Shown: positions 40,788-54,784, counted from the stretch's first letter. The stretch is 64,000 nucleotides of DNA from Azolla caroliniana (GCA_043228905.1 JBHGNT010000010.1:6510001-6574000); one strand, 5' to 3'. Notes: generated from the sequence alone by a model not told the origin. Program-made: numbers and translations.

Positions 40788-43538
40788 AACTTTGTATTAC
40801 AGATCAAAAAATCTGTCTGTATATGTCTGTGTGTATCTTCTCGTCCGTTTGTCCGTCCGCCCGCCCATCTCTTTGTCCGCCTGCTCCGCTTGCCTGGGGC
40901 GGTCTTGCCCCGTGTGCCGGTCCCCTCGCTTGCCCACAAAATTGACCCATCCTCCTTCATGCCCCAGGAAGCCCTCATTGCTTGCGCCATCCAATGCTTT
41001 CGCCCCGCAAAAGCACAAAAAAGGACAAACGCAAAAACCACTGAACAGGAACCTTGCAACCGAGATTATCCGCACGAAACTCTCGCGTCCATTTCCCTTC
41101 ATCTCGCCTTGTTACCCATTTCTGATCCATCATATTGCATGTTGTGTATGCATATGCGTGTGGGGGGGTTGGGTGTGTGTGCGTGCCTATGTGCCTACGT
41201 GTCTGTGCGTGTGCGCGTGTGTGTATGTGTGCATGCGCATGTGTGTCGCAACCTTGAATGAAGTTGTTGTTGTTTGAGGTCTCCAACAACATTGTGAGAG
41301 CACCGACTGATTAGTTTTTCCCACTTTATCACCTACCCAAACATATAACTAATACGTTTAGGTACTCATCCAATGAGGTGCCCTATAGTTTACGAGTGGG
41401 ATCGTGCAATATAATTGGCTCTTGTCAGTGTCATTGATACCGCATTGTTTTAGCATTCCAAAGTTGATGGTGTTCTTCTATAGTGGGTTACAAGTGACAA
41501 ACATTATGTTAACATCACATGGTTTCATAGTGAAGTGTACCTTAACCCAACTCACTCTTGAACATCATAACGTCCATTTATCACTACATTTTTGGTTCTT
41601 TTCACCAAATGAATGTTAGTCCAATGAGGTCTTATAATCACCCACAAAATCTCGTGTTATCCATGGAAGTCGCCAATAAGTCAAGTGTCATGTTCGTAAG
41701 CTCAAGTCACTTCATAAAACAAACAAAAATCACAAATCTAGTTATTATCTACTGAGGTACATGCCTCATAAAAATAATTATATCAATTTTCATGTGTTGG
41801 TGAAATATTGAATGAAAATTTTAAGTTGTGAGTTGAGTGGGCTTGTTATGTGGCATCCTTTATAGTACAACAATCGTTCATTTAATCGTCATCAAATGAG
41901 TCATTGTCTAATTAATTTCTAACATGGGCAAAATAACAATCTTAATCATACAATTTTGACCACCAATGAAAACATCTTTCAAAATGAAGATATCTAAAAG
42001 CAAAGTAAAGCTTCATAAAAAAAACGGGGAATGTGACCTTCATGTAAAATTGTGCTCATATGAACTTGTGCGGTGTTGTTTGATGACTATCCTTCATAAA
42101 AAATCATCCAGGATTAAGATGTATGTGGATTTTGAACTTTAATGAAGAGTATCGTTTATAATGGCATAAATTGTGGAGAGTACCAATGAGTAGAATACTT
42201 GTATCACACTTTCTAATTTGTGTAGTATCACTCATGAACTATATGCATCTCTTGAGTCTTAAAACATAATACGAAATACTTAGAGGCTTTTGCACTTATT
42301 GCTTATCATGTTTCTCTATTTCTAATACTCCACTCGAAATCTAGATTCCATAAGGTCATTTGCTATTCAACATTACATGATACATCGCATATTTGTAATT
42401 AACTATCCTTGCAATGATGCCATATTGCATGAGAAGAACACCTTAAGAAAATGGTATAAGTATTGGTTCTGTGTACCTTGTATATGTTGAAGGCATACCT
42501 CGATTTTATATCATTTATCACCCCATACAACAAAATAGTTTGAAGTCATTAACATGTGTGGTTTTGCTTTATCATGTGCACATTATTTGTAGTTATTTAT
42601 TCTCAATACGATGTTTGTATAGTTATTTTGATGGCTTGAGGTCCTTATAATTTATTTATGTGGATCATCATCTAGTACTAGGCTAGTTTGAATACCTGAC
42701 ATAGTACGTAAAATTCTTGTTCATCTAGCATAACATTCGTTTTCCTACGTTCGAAAACGAATGCAAATGTTATTCAAACATTCTTGTGTTTCCCCCCCCC
42801 CCCCCCCCCCATTCTTTTAATGTTTTTTTTTCATTTTTAAGCTTATTTACCTCATAATAAATAGTTAATCCAAAACTATGGTATTTATCATTCTTTAAGG
42901 GTGTTTTTCTTACGCGAATGCACGTATGGTACGTATGGTTCATACTATGCATGACATACAAGAGAATGATGTATTTGGCATGTATAATATCTAAAATCAA
43001 TGGCTTTAGCAAGATTATGAAAAAATGTTACAACTAGAGTAGATTTAGATAGATTTGATTAGACTAGATATTTTTAGTGTCCATAGAGAACCCACTATTA
43101 ACCCAAGAGACCTAAGTACACAAAGTTTTATTTATGTATCTCCTATCTAAGAAGGGATGTTAATAGATTTGAAGCGCAAGGTCTTGATGTGTAAATAAGT
43201 CTTATAATCATTATACTTACATAATTTTATATATATTATCTATGCCTTCATAGTAAATACATGTTATCCATGCACGCCCAATATTCCCTTTAGGGTGAGG
43301 CCATATCGATTTCATAAGGTAGCCAACTATTTTAGGCATGCGTTTTGCATCATGCATTCTCCCAAATTTCAACAAAAAATATAACATCCATACCTTGAGC
43401 TACAACACTTACTCATTGCCCCTTATCTCATGGATATCCATTACAATTCCAAAACATGATTTTTAAACTTGAGGTATGTGTAATCCCATCGATCATAAGT
43501 TGGTATGCTTTTTGAAATCCTTTCCTAGATGTATATGT

Positions 43539-43900
43539 TTACCTTCTACTTTCATGCTCTTTTGGAGTTTGATAATCTATTGTAATGAAACGTGTACCCT
43601 TGAGACACACCCTACTGTTGTCTAAAATGCTAAATCTTTTGCTCTCATCTAGGATTGTACAAACAATAACTCGACGTGACGTTCCTTCTAACAATTTATT
43701 ACCAACCCTATGTGTTGCATATATGGTAACATCCCCCATAACAATGTGCTCTTCAAAGAATTTTGTAATATTCTCTACAAGAGATAGTGCATTCTCGAAT
43801 TCATCCTCTTGCATGCCTCTAATAACAACATTGTTCTTCCTCCTTTCAATATCATATTGTTCTTTTGAATCTTGTAGATTTGTAGTGTTAGAATTCATTG
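43539..43900 (-). pseudogene. LINE ORF1 remnant
   Basis: ERRKNNVVIRGMQE..HRVG..RVIVCTI..LKGTRF; same layout as ORF1 at 36991-37400. Confidence 0.7.
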
Positions 43901-45189
43901 CAAGATTTGAGTGTACTATGGTTTTTGGCGCTTTTTTTAGGATATCATTGTTCCACTTTGTCATGATCACATCTTCCTTTGTTTGAAGTATCAATGTAAT
44001 TTGGTGTATCAAGATCAAGTTTCAACCAAAAAAGGAGAAAAGTATCCAAAAGTAATTGTATGTTAAAGGAAGACATGCTTCAAATTATTGCAAAGAGTAC
44101 AAAACTAGAAGAGTGGGATGCTCTTCTTAGCATTTGGACCAACTTGGCATTAACATTGTGTACATGAAGAGGGGAATTTTGGAGAAACAATGATTCTATG
44201 CCCCACTATTGAAATTTTGCTACAAGGTATTGGACATGCTTGTATTATGACGTCTTCATTTGAGGTGTGCAAGGTTAATAGCCAAGGTGATCTGGGAGAA
44301 CAATTCAAATATTTTGAAAGCACGACGTTTGTCCTTTTACAAGCACAATGTGGAATATTCTCTTAAAGGGGAGGAATTTTCACAAAAGTTGCTCACGCCT
44401 ATCATAGAGTGTAAAGGTGTAGTCATCCTTCATCAAGTGGACCTTTAAAGCCATATGCCATTTCTATAAGACCTTTTTGTATATGTATATATCATATGGT
44501 GATGTGCATCAAAAAACAATATTACACAAATTTAATCATATTAATGCATTGAAAAAATGAGATATTTAAACATCTTGGCCAAACTTCTTATTAAGAATTT
44601 AATATAATGGAGAAACATAATAGGTCTCTCATGCATAACATAAAATTTGATGTTTCTCTATAAGTTGGTATCTATATTACATTCACTACACATGTAAATG
44701 TTGCAAATATGAATCAGGGTATTTGTTTGTTTGCATCTCTTGGGTAACCATGTACATATTGCATTGCCTCAAGGGAGTTCGCACTATCGTGATGCAACTG
44801 CTTGACATGCACTTAGAAAGTAATGAAAGAACAGTGGTGTACAAAAGGTAAATGAAACACCTATTAATAACCACATTATCAACATACAAATAATATGTCA
44901 TTCTATTAAAAGGAAATATCAGAGCTCCAATGATAAGAACAGAAAACTGAGCACCATCAATTCAGAAGTTAATCACGACTTTATCAACGCATTAGTTTGA
45001 GATGTCTCTCCCTCGTTTTTCATTCATTATATACAAAGGGCATTTTCTCTTCAATTAACCCACATCTCGTCTCAACACCTCGATCAATCGAGACAAATTA
45101 TCGGATCATGGTACTGAAGCAATTCAAGAATAAAAACAATCACTACTTAAAAGCAAGGATCACTTCAGTTCATGAAATCAATGGAATCC

Positions 45190-46665
45190 TCATGAAATCA
45201 AAGAATCTTTGTGTGCCACTTGAGGAGGTAAAAATACATGTACCTCTCTCTCCTCAGAGAATTCATTGTGTTTTGGGACCAATATCTCGAGCCCTGCCCC
45301 AGACTCCAAATAATAAGCCTCTAATTCGGCATTCTCTGGAATCCGAGTGGTTAAGGGAATCTCTCTTATAAACTCTCCTGGAGGGCAATGCTCGGGTGAA
45401 GGGTCAGTAAGCTCAAATGTCCGATCTCCCCTTTTAATGTATTGGGTTCTCCCAGTACTTGTACAATGAATCTTAACCACGCCATGGGTAGTTGTATTAA
45501 GCCAAGAGACCCTTACTCTTTGCATATCTGTAAATGGTAGACTCACCATTATCAAATAGCCTTTCTCATCTTCATATATACTCTTGGCCCCTGTCACGGG
45601 TCCACAAACTTCATTCATTACACCAGAAAAATCCGAAAGCCAAAAGGGGCGCTCGACCGCCGGACTCTCCATATCAAAAGCTCTTTGAGAATAACTTTCC
45701 ATAGCACCGCAACAATCCTCGCTACTTACTGGTGAGACTTCCTTTCTTCTCTTCTTCTCGATATGACTATCGGTTGCATCTGTTGATGGTAGCTTGCTTG
45801 AAAGGTTCAATGTTGTATTGCTTAATTTTCCTAAACCCACTTTCGGAAACTGCTTCCTTGCATTAAAACCACCTGATCTATCAAGATCAAACTCGGGATT
45901 GGAAAGGGTCCTCCATACCGAGTAAGCTTGAGCATCTTTAGATATGGTGAAGTTTAAATCCCGACCAGTTAGCTCCACCCATCTTTTCTTTTCCTCATCA
46001 CTAATGATAGACAAATTCGGACATCTAACGATTTCGATGCCATGTATACACTGTGGGTTTGAGAGACCTTTATATTGTTTTCTTTGCATCTTATGGGATC
46101 GAGCAAAACCCTTCTCAGTACTAAATGGGAAAGGGGGCTCTCCGTACTTTGCATGCCCATTCATATAGCTTCGAAGTTGCATCTTTCCAAGCGCACTCTC
46201 TGGTCTTTCTTTAAAGACCCACATGTAGATATTCTCCATATCATGTTGAACCAAGAAGTGTTCAAGTTTTAGGTCACTCTTATCCAAAATGCCCATTTTC
46301 CCTTTGGATTTATCTGTGAGAGAAGGGCGGAAATAGTGATTAAAAAAGAACCAAGCACCCCAGATGATGTCACTACGTCTTGAACCGGAACCACATCGCT
46401 TATTGGGTCTATTCACACTGGTGAGATTTTCCACATCATGGCATTGAGGTCCTAGACCCACATCGAGTATTTCTGAAGCATCATTGAACCACGATGTGGT
46501 TGGAAAGTCACCAGCAAGAGGTAGGTTTATATCAGGTGGCCTACACCCTCCCATCATAGCTTGCCTTGATGATGAATCTGGATCATCGTGAGCAATTCCC
46601 GAATCCATAGAGAGCAAAGTCGATGGATTATCAATAGATAACGCCGTTAATAGTGCTTCTGTCAT
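45190..46665 (-). CDS. SLT1: SLT1 / HSP20-like chaperone superfamily protein, 491 aa, single coding exon
   Basis: PSTLLSMDS, PPDINLPL, ILDVGLG, WGAWFFF, FLVQHDMENIYMWVFKERPESALGKMQLRSYMNGH, C-terminal alpha-crystallin-like EHCPPGEF.REIPL; intact ORF. Confidence 0.92.
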   Translation of the reverse strand: MTEALLTALSIDNPSTLLSMDSGIAHDDPDSSSRQAMMGGCRPPDINLPLAGDFPTTSWFNDASEILDVGLGPQCHDVENLTSVNRPNKRCGSGSRRSDIIWGAWFFFNHYFRPSLTDKSKGKMGILDKSDLKLEHFLVQHDMENIYMWVFKERPESALGKMQLRSYMNGHAKYGEPPFPFSTEKGFARSHKMQRKQYKGLSNPQCIHGIEIVRCPNLSIISDEEKKRWVELTGRDLNFTISKDAQAYSVWRTLSNPEFDLDRSGGFNARKQFPKVGLGKLSNTTLNLSSKLPSTDATDSHIEKKRRKEVSPVSSEDCCGAMESYSQRAFDMESPAVERPFWLSDFSGVMNEVCGPVTGAKSIYEDEKGYLIMVSLPFTDMQRVRVSWLNTTTHGVVKIHCTSTGRTQYIKRGDRTFELTDPSPEHCPPGEFIREIPLTTRIPENAELEAYYLESGAGLEILVPKHNEFSEEREVHVFLPPQVAHKDSLIS

Positions 46666-46909
46666 CTTTGTGAAATCAAATTTTGCTCTTTGGAACCGGC
46701 TTAGTTGGAGAAGAAAACAGAAAAATTGCTTTTGATTTGCACTTTTTCTTGAGAAAGAATAAGAACCAATTTAGTTTTCAACTCGACAAGCCAAATCTAA
46801 CATAGAAAAAATAGCGACTTTCTATGAAAAGAATTGTGGCATGAATTCTTATCTCTTGATCTTCTTCATTTGATCAAATCCATGTAAAAAAGAAGCAATG
46901 TTTGTATAT

Positions 46910-47379
46910 CTATAGACTATAATGTAATGATGCCACAGAATTATGAATGGAGCAAATCAATTACAGTATATAGAGGGAATTCACATCCAGAACGATGTTA
47001 TGATGTGGCCATATTGGATAGAAGAATAGCACTTCAGTGAGTTTAAAAACAGAGTGTTTTTCTCTTTCCAATACAATGTTAAAGCTTTTGAAAATTTTTC
47101 TGCGAGAAGAAATTGAAATAATACCTTCAGTTACTTGAATGCCACAAATCACATCCCTTGAAGAAACATGAAACAAAACAATGCACAGAAGAAAAAAAAT
47201 TAAAAAACCAGAATAACGACCAGGAAACCACAGCACGGGGAAAAAACAAAACCCTACATAAATGACATCTTTCAAGAAGAAAGAAGAACAAAAAGGAAAT
47301 ACACCAATAAGAAAGAGAGAAACTGGGATTTGGGTCTAAATTTACAGGAATAGTTCAGCAATGTTTTCTTCGTTCTTAC
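46910..47379 (-). other. Predicted 5' UTR intron of the SLT1-like gene
   Basis: Strong CAG|GTAAG donor at 47380/47379, U-rich body; TAG acceptor at 46911-46910 is tentative. Confidence 0.55.
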
Positions 47380-47402
47380 CTGAGAAAGTGGCCTTCACAT
47401 GA

Positions 47403-47451
47403 GGGCCCATCTGTGTGTGTTTTCTGTCTGCGGAGGGAGGAGAAACCCTAA
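47403..47451. promoter_or_regulatory. Site-II-like TGGGCC (minus strand) and telo-box AAACCCTAA near the SLT1 5' end
   Basis: Motif match only. Confidence 0.35.
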
Positions 47452-47619
47452 TGTATATGCAGCTCTGCAGGAGGAGGCATACGCCCAAACTCTCTGAATT
47501 AGTCTAATTTGGGGGAGAGGGGGGGCTATCATGTCCATTGCTCCCCCCACAAGGGCGTGTTCACATGGACACATACATATACATACACCCTTGCCCCTGT
47601 TTGTCCACACATCTCATCT

Positions 47620-47728
47620 AGATGAGAAGCTGGTCCATTGGATCTGTCACAGAAGCTGGTCGATCTGGATCCGTCACAGAAGCTCGTCCATCTGGATCCG
47701 TCACCAAAGGTGGTCCAACTGGATCTGA
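47620..47728. repeat. 27-bp tandem repeat, about 4 copies
   Basis: TGGATC(T/C)GTCACAGAAGCT.GTC.ATC at 47639, 47666, 47693, 47720. Confidence 0.85.
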
Positions 47729-47901
47729 CTTTGGCAAACGGGAAGATGATGTCATTTTACCTGCACCATGACTTTTTCTCGGGAACGCCTTATGCAGTAG
47801 CAGTTCCAGCCCATGGCAGTGACTCTTCGTCACGAGTTGTTGCCATTGTGCCAGACCGGTAATTATCGCGATAAATCACAAGATGCAGATATGTATGTTT
47901 C

Positions 47902-50900
47902 TGTAGCCACAACATTAAGGTCCAATTCTAAAGGTAATTTTAATGGTTTTAAAGGTTGGATAAACGAGAAACTAGTTGTTGTAGGACTTTGGACAAACCC
48001 GTAAGAACGTATGGCACATGGTGGTTTACTAGGAATCAACAACGGTTCAGTTTCGGCTTAATCGGTTTGGCCTTGTCCAAACCAAACTGGTTAAAGCCTA
48101 AACCGGTTTAGGCTAACCAGTTTAGCCAAACTGATTAAGCCTTAAACGATTGGTAACTAGTTTAAGCTTAATTGGTTTGAGCAATCCCAAACTGAGCAAA
48201 CTTAATTGGTTTAAAAAGGTACACTAGGGGAAAACAACGAAAAACTGTGATTTCACGTTATTGTGGGTGTCATGAAGGAATTGCTTCACGATAAAAAAAT
48301 ATCTTTAGGTATTATACTAAGCAACATTTGAGAGATTTGAAACGACAACCTTATATACCAAGTTGTAAGCTCATGCCACCAAACTAAGTTGTTTTCTTTA
48401 AAACTAGTTTTTCATCATTGTAGTTTTCACATGAAATTTTCATACACGAGACCTCAAATGAGGGAGATGGATATCATGCATCACATGCATTTCATGCATG
48501 TATGGTACCCTCACATGCATCAAATGCATGGAGGCATCTATATAAGAAAGAAAGAAAAAGAAAAGAGCATATGGAAGCTAGGTTGAATTAAGAAATTAAT
48601 AATAAAAGCCAAGGGTTCAAAACTGTAATAATAATAATTTTTGTTGTACTTAATCTTCTTCAACATCTTCTTCTTTTCTTTCCTCTTCTCAACTATACCA
48701 AATTTCAAATTTTTGTCTCTCTCTATCTTACATGCTTTCTCGTTTACGCTAGTAAAAACATCAAGTCCTTCCGGTCCCATACCTCGACAGTTCTGCTTCA
48801 TTTCATGAACACATGAGGATTTCCTTGACATCTTCTTTCTTGGTGAACCCGACATGAAAGAAGCGGTAAGAAGGATCAAGGCGAGGATTGAACGATACTT
48901 GGAGATGGCATCCTCAAACAATCAAACGGTAGAGTTCGAAAGAATGATGATAATCGTTGAACAAATGATGAGATCTTGGGACAACGATGCGAGCGTGGAG
49001 AAGGTTGTCGATCCCGTCGTGGAGGTCATGGGTCAATTTAATGGAAGGAACATTACGTAGTTCCTTGACCCATACAAAAGGGACGTGTCTGAAGCACGTC
49101 AAATCTTGAATTTCAAGCAAGTTGTCGCCAACAACGTCCAAAGGCAGGTCATCAAGCTTCAAGAAGGGAAGACAACGTGGTCCGAGTTTGAGAAAGCAAT
49201 ATTAGCAGAATTCGCGATCGAGGATTTGTCGAGGATGACTCGACATGTCTTAATGAAGTGGATAGAGAAGAAAAATAAGAAGATGAGCGCCTCTAATGAA
49301 GCCAACGTGCAACAGGCTTGACAAGCGTCGTCAATGGCTTGATGACACTAACTTGGTAGGGCCAATGTAGAAAAAATGAAACCACCCAAAGTGTCTGAGC
49401 CTCCTAAACAAAGAAACTCGAACAAAAAGAAGATTGATGATGACATCATTGAAGAATTAGCGAAGAAGTTCTAGACGGTCACGCTAGCGAACATGAATCG
49501 TTGAGGGCCGAAAGGAAAGGAACCCTTCAGATGTGTGTGGTGTGACAACTTGGACCACATGAGAAGGGATTGTGCAAGCCTTCGTGAGGTCATCCAACAA
49601 AATATCGTATACATGGATGGCAACATGATTTGCTCGAGTGAAACTAGAAGACCCCTGAGGGTGAATTTCGGAAGAGGGGGAATGAAAAAAGCTATAGAAG
49701 ATGCTCAAGCGACTCACGTGGATGTGATGCACTATGTTGCATTAGCCGGAATAAGAGTCAGAAAAGATAAAAATGAAGCTACCAAATTGGGAACAAGGTT
49801 TTGGTCTACTATTCTTGAGTATGAGAAGAAGGGAAAAATTACTTCAGACAAGGTAGAGCTTGTGGATTGAAATGTGCAAAGTTTGACCCAATGGTCGGAT
49901 CTGGTGGATGACAATACCATACTCACGGAAGTTATGTGCGACAACCACGAGGTTCTCGTGGACCATAAAAAAGACCTGAAACAAGGGGCGCGAAAAAGAA
50001 AGAAGATGTGGAAGCAAGTCGAGCTTTACTAACGGAGGTTGGGGAGTCAATCTAGAAAGGAGAAGCGAGAAAAAGAGTTGCAGTGATAGCTCGACCCATG
50101 AGGGTTGATGTCAAAGACCCCACTAGGAATGGGAAAACTATGCCTATCTATAAGCTAAGGCCGGACATAGAACAAACGACAGATTTGAAGAAGATTCTTG
50201 AGGAACGTGTTCTTGATAGCCATGTGACCTTGTCCTTGAGGGAGTTACTCGGCATTATGAAAAAGGAGTTCCATGATATGATCGTGGACCTTGTAAAAAG
50301 GAAAAGGAAACAGTTAAATGAGGACGAAGAAAAACCAGAAAAAGCAAAAACAAATGCCATAAGGATGGCAAGGGACGATGTCAATGAAGATATGGTGGAC
50401 AATCACTATAATTGGCCTCATTGGGCACGAGTGATGATAGAGACACCAATAAAGTTGGGAGAAAGAAAAGAAACAATCGTAGCTTAAAAGACCATGGGTC
50501 CGAGATCAATCTTATGTCGATTGAGGTCTACAAAAAGGGAAGATGACCCATAAATACAAATCATGGGTGGAATATCCGTGCGGCAATGAAAGCTACTGAA
50601 GACATGTATAACGCATGTCTTAATATCCCCATTGCAATTGGCGATGTTGAGATAGATCAACACTTTTTTGTTCAAGACTCGGCATCCCATCTTATCATTC
50701 TTGGAAAATCGTACATAACATTGTTAGGAAACAGGTCCCTCTGGATGGGAAGTGAGAAGAATAGTGCTGATGAGAATCTCGGCCGAGGCCGATAGGCCAA
50801 GGCCGAAACCGGATGAAGAGTACCTGGCTACGGATGACCCGGTGAGAACCGGATGATGAGTGCCCGGCAAGCGCCGGATGTTGCAGGCCCAGTGAAGAGT

Positions 50901-51520
50901 GATCATCGGATGAAGGGACATATTTGTAAATATGTTTCTGAGAGTCCATCGGGGCTATATTTGTAAATAGCCGAAAAGTCATATTAGTATAAATATGACT
51001 TAGGGCAAATAGAGAATATAGTGTTGTTGTCATTCTTGTTGGCGCGAGATTAGAGAGCGCGTAACAGTGTACAGAGAGAGAGAGAGAGAGGAAGAGGTCG
51101 TTGCCTTTGTTGTAACCGCCGCCTGTGGCGAAGATCGTGAGCATGAGGTCGTTGCCTCTGTGAGCTCACTGTTGTAATCATTGTGATATAGTGATAGTTG
51201 GAGTCTGTGGACTCCCGTGGTTTTTCCCTCTCAGGGTTTTCCACGTTAAACATCCTGTGTACTCTCTCTCCTTTGTGTCGTGCGTTCAATATCCGTTTTC
51301 TGTGTTTGATCCTAGGCTCGGTTGTGGCCGAGCATTGTGCTTTTCGAAGCGTGTATTCCCAACAAACATCATCCTGGATGAAAACCAAAATGTTCAACAA
51401 TGGTGTGGCATTTGCTCGAGTAAGGAGTCTTGACAGGAAGAATAGGTCATCCGAAGCTATTCACTCGCTCGCCGTTGTCGTGAAGATTTCCGGAAACAGA
51501 GAAAATCTACCGAAAGCGTG
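47902..51520 (+). mobile_element. Degenerate gypsy: putative LTR (~47902-48760), gag and protease
   Basis: GQFNGRNIT, CVWCDNLDH..DC, DHGSEINLMS; related to 61820-64000. Confidence 0.7.
50722..51364 (+). mobile_element. Solo LTR, copia family A (diverged)
   Basis: TGTT..AACA termini, perfect TSD AACAT (50717-50721, 51365-51369). Confidence 0.92.
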
Positions 51521-51531
51521 AGAATTGGGCA

Positions 51532-54160
51532 TGTGCACACACAAAAGGGATTTGTCCGCATGCACATTAGGAAAAGTATGGTAAATAGAAAGTGCAAATA
51601 GGATATGAAAGGTAGAATATATTGTGTACTTTAAGTCACACACAGGAGAGATAAAGAGTGGTGGGTGAGGTAGTTAAAGGGAAGATTGTGGCAAAGATTC
51701 CTGTTTGACAGGAGAGGAAATTCAGGGCCTTCCCATTGTAATGATGCTTCCCTCCCCTTCGGATATAAAAGGGGAGGGTTGATGTTTGTAAAGGTTGTTG
51801 ATTGAATAGATCGTTTTCTCTCGATTTCGGTCTCTCTATTTTTTTTTCCTGTTAGAGATTTCTCGAGCTCTCACAAACCCTTTTTCTTCACAAGGCGGTG
51901 TCGTTGCACCTTCCAAGGACCTTTGTTCGTGGTAGCTAGCCCGTGTGTTAGCCATCCTGAGGTCTAGTTAAGGTTGAGCTTCAACCCCCACACGCCGTTG
52001 CAAGCCCGTGAGCTCATCCGCCGTCTGCGCAGCTAAACAGTCCTCCCTCCCCCCGTAAACTCTGCGGAGAGACTGTCGGCACTGCTATCTCCTATGCACG
52101 GTCATCCCCGTCACCAAGGGAGAGTCCTAGTGTGCTTTCCTGAGGCTCGACAAGCTTCACTATTGCCGATCTCACGAAGTGCAGTTGTCGAAAGTTGTTG
52201 ATCAAAGTATAGTCGGTGCCAATCTATCTCCTATCCCATTGGCACAAGAGAGTCCAGACAAGCTAGATCGATCCGACCGAACAATCTAGAGACAATCCAG
52301 TCGAAAGCTAACCTGGGTGAGAAGCCCGCGGAGCATAAAACCTCCACCCTCCGACTCCCTAGTCTGTGATCCCCATGGTTCCTGCCCAATCTGATCTGCA
52401 TGCACGGTTATCCACAACGTCTTTGGTGAAACCGATGTGAAAGGGTGGCAAGGGAGATCCAATATGAATGGAGGCGAGCTTGCAGAAGCAATGGCAACTG
52501 CCATAGACTGACTTGTGAATGCTCGGGAGAGTTCAACTTGCCTCTGTTGTCCACCGGAATAGTAACCGACGGACAAGAGCGCAGAAATATAGAATATAGT
52601 AATATTGTAACGCATGTAAACGGTTCACGTGGGAAGCGTGAACGGCTAAAAGACCCTGTGTATATAAAGGGCAGAATACCTCTAATAGAGGTAGCGTGTA
52701 ATTTTGAATGTAAAAGGCGTATCTGTGGTTAATCTATTGTGTGTATGTGATTCTTGGTGGCGTAGCCTAGTCGTAAGAGCGTAGGCGTGAGTAATAGTGT
52801 GGTTGCTAGCCCACTGTCTAAGGAGTTCGGTTGTAGCCGACTCCCTTATACGCTACTAGGATACAGGAGGTATCCCACTAAGTATTATGCTACAACGATA
52901 CCATTCGTTGCAACACAGTCGCTTTGAGGTCTAGGTCGAAGGACTTACCATAGACCGTGTTCCTAATCGGTAACACTTTTGGCACGCTTGAACGGCCGAC
53001 CCTCCCTTGAGAAGAGGTAATTCTCGCGCTCCCTCACTCCCCATCTTTGTATGTCTATTAGTCTCTGTGTTAAAGAGTGTGTTCTTGTGCGTAGACTCAT
53101 TGTATGGCGAGCCGTTTTGATTAGAGGTTTCTGGTGAAAGACTCTCTACGTGATACGATGAGAGGTTTTTGATGAGATTAGAGACTTTGAAGAAGACATG
53201 GAGAACATCCTATCATAGAAGAGTGAGAGGATCGAAGCTGAAAGGAAATCTACAGCTATGGTTGAATATCGTCTTCAATCCGTCAGCTCTATGGTAGAAA
53301 AATTGCAGAATACTATTGGTCTTCTTGCAGCTGAAGCAACTAAACTAAGAGGGGAAGCAAAAGTTTCCATGGGTGAGAAGAAAAATTGATGCATATGATT
53401 ATGGGAATAAAGGATTCTAGAAGATGTGGCCCAGAGTTGGGCCTTGGTGAAAAGGCTATTAGTAGAGGTTTCGCAGAAACAGGCGCAGAGAAAAATGATT
53501 TGGAAGCAGACAACTAACCTTCTCCCTCTCTCTCCTGCCTTCCTCGTTCCCTTTTCCCTTGGTGGTGGTAGTGACTCGTGGGCGGTTTTACAGATACTCA
53601 AACACACCCACATGATGACAGAGAATTGACAGCAGGAGGGGGAGGAATGTGATGGTGACCTTGCATATGCTTGTGATGCCTTTACCATCGCCATCTCCAA
53701 CCATCATCAACCCCTCTCTACATTCATCATCCCCTCCTCATCTCATCCTTCCTCTCTGTGTGTCAGTTTTTCTGTCCCTAAGACTCTTCACAACTATAGC
53801 AGCTATCATCACTCCCCACTCCATCACTTCCATCCAAGCTTTCCTATAGCAACTTTGAGCTCGAGTCCGAATCTAAATTAGAGCTATGGTGGGATGAGTA
53901 GCAATGCGAACCAGGGATCATATGGCTCTAGAAGTAATGGCCTCTAGAAGTAATGTGCCTTGTGGAAATGTATCTCCATCTACAATGAGCGCTTATGGAA
54001 ACTCTACATCTGGTTCAAAGAGTGGGGTGAGGCCCAGTTCACCAGCACCACCATCTCCTTGTCTTGATGCTGCCAATATTGGCTGGATATGGTGGTTATT
54101 TGAATCCAAGTTATGGTGCTGGCTCAACCCCAAGTGGGCCAAATCGAAGCTATTTCATTC
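51532..54160 (+). mobile_element. LTR-like sequence ending ...TAACA (52975), PBS-like TGGCACGC (52980), decayed gag-like region
   Basis: TATA motifs at ~51763 and ~52661; may be two nested LTRs; 5' boundary uncertain. Confidence 0.5.
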
Positions 54161-54784
54161 CTAGTTGTGGACCGTAGATGGCGCGAACAACGCTAATAGG
54201 TGGATGCAGCCAGCGAACAAAACCGGTTGCCGGACAGCCGACAGTGACGACCGGAGGACATAGACGGCCACAGATAGATGGCTGACAAGCAGACGGGTTG
54301 GAATCGGCTAACTGAATAGACACAACGCCAACCAACGAGACGAGGCCGGAAATACACAAAGACGCCCCTAGGATAGAGGTCTGACGACCAACAACAGGCG
54401 AATAGACGTTGACACTCGGCAACCGGCAACCAGCCGGACAGACAATCCGGTAGCCAGCTAGCCAGATAGACAGACGGCGGTAGCGGCCATACAAAGAAAC
54501 AATTGACAGATGGCCGGTTCAACAGTCGACCGACCTACAATGGAGAGATGGCGACGACCGAGAATGGTGATAGCCAACGGCCACAACCAAAGCGCCGGAT
54601 AGACGGGGGGCAGGCGGCTGGATGAAGAGACATGCGTCCCCCCTGCCCCAAAATAGAAGGAAGACGAGGAGCAAGAAGAAGCATTAATAGGAGAAAGAAG
54701 AAGCAAACCAAGAGCAAGACAGAAGAGGAGAAACACAGAGCAGATCAGAGAAGAAAATTTGACAAAACAGAAGGGCAATCGAAC

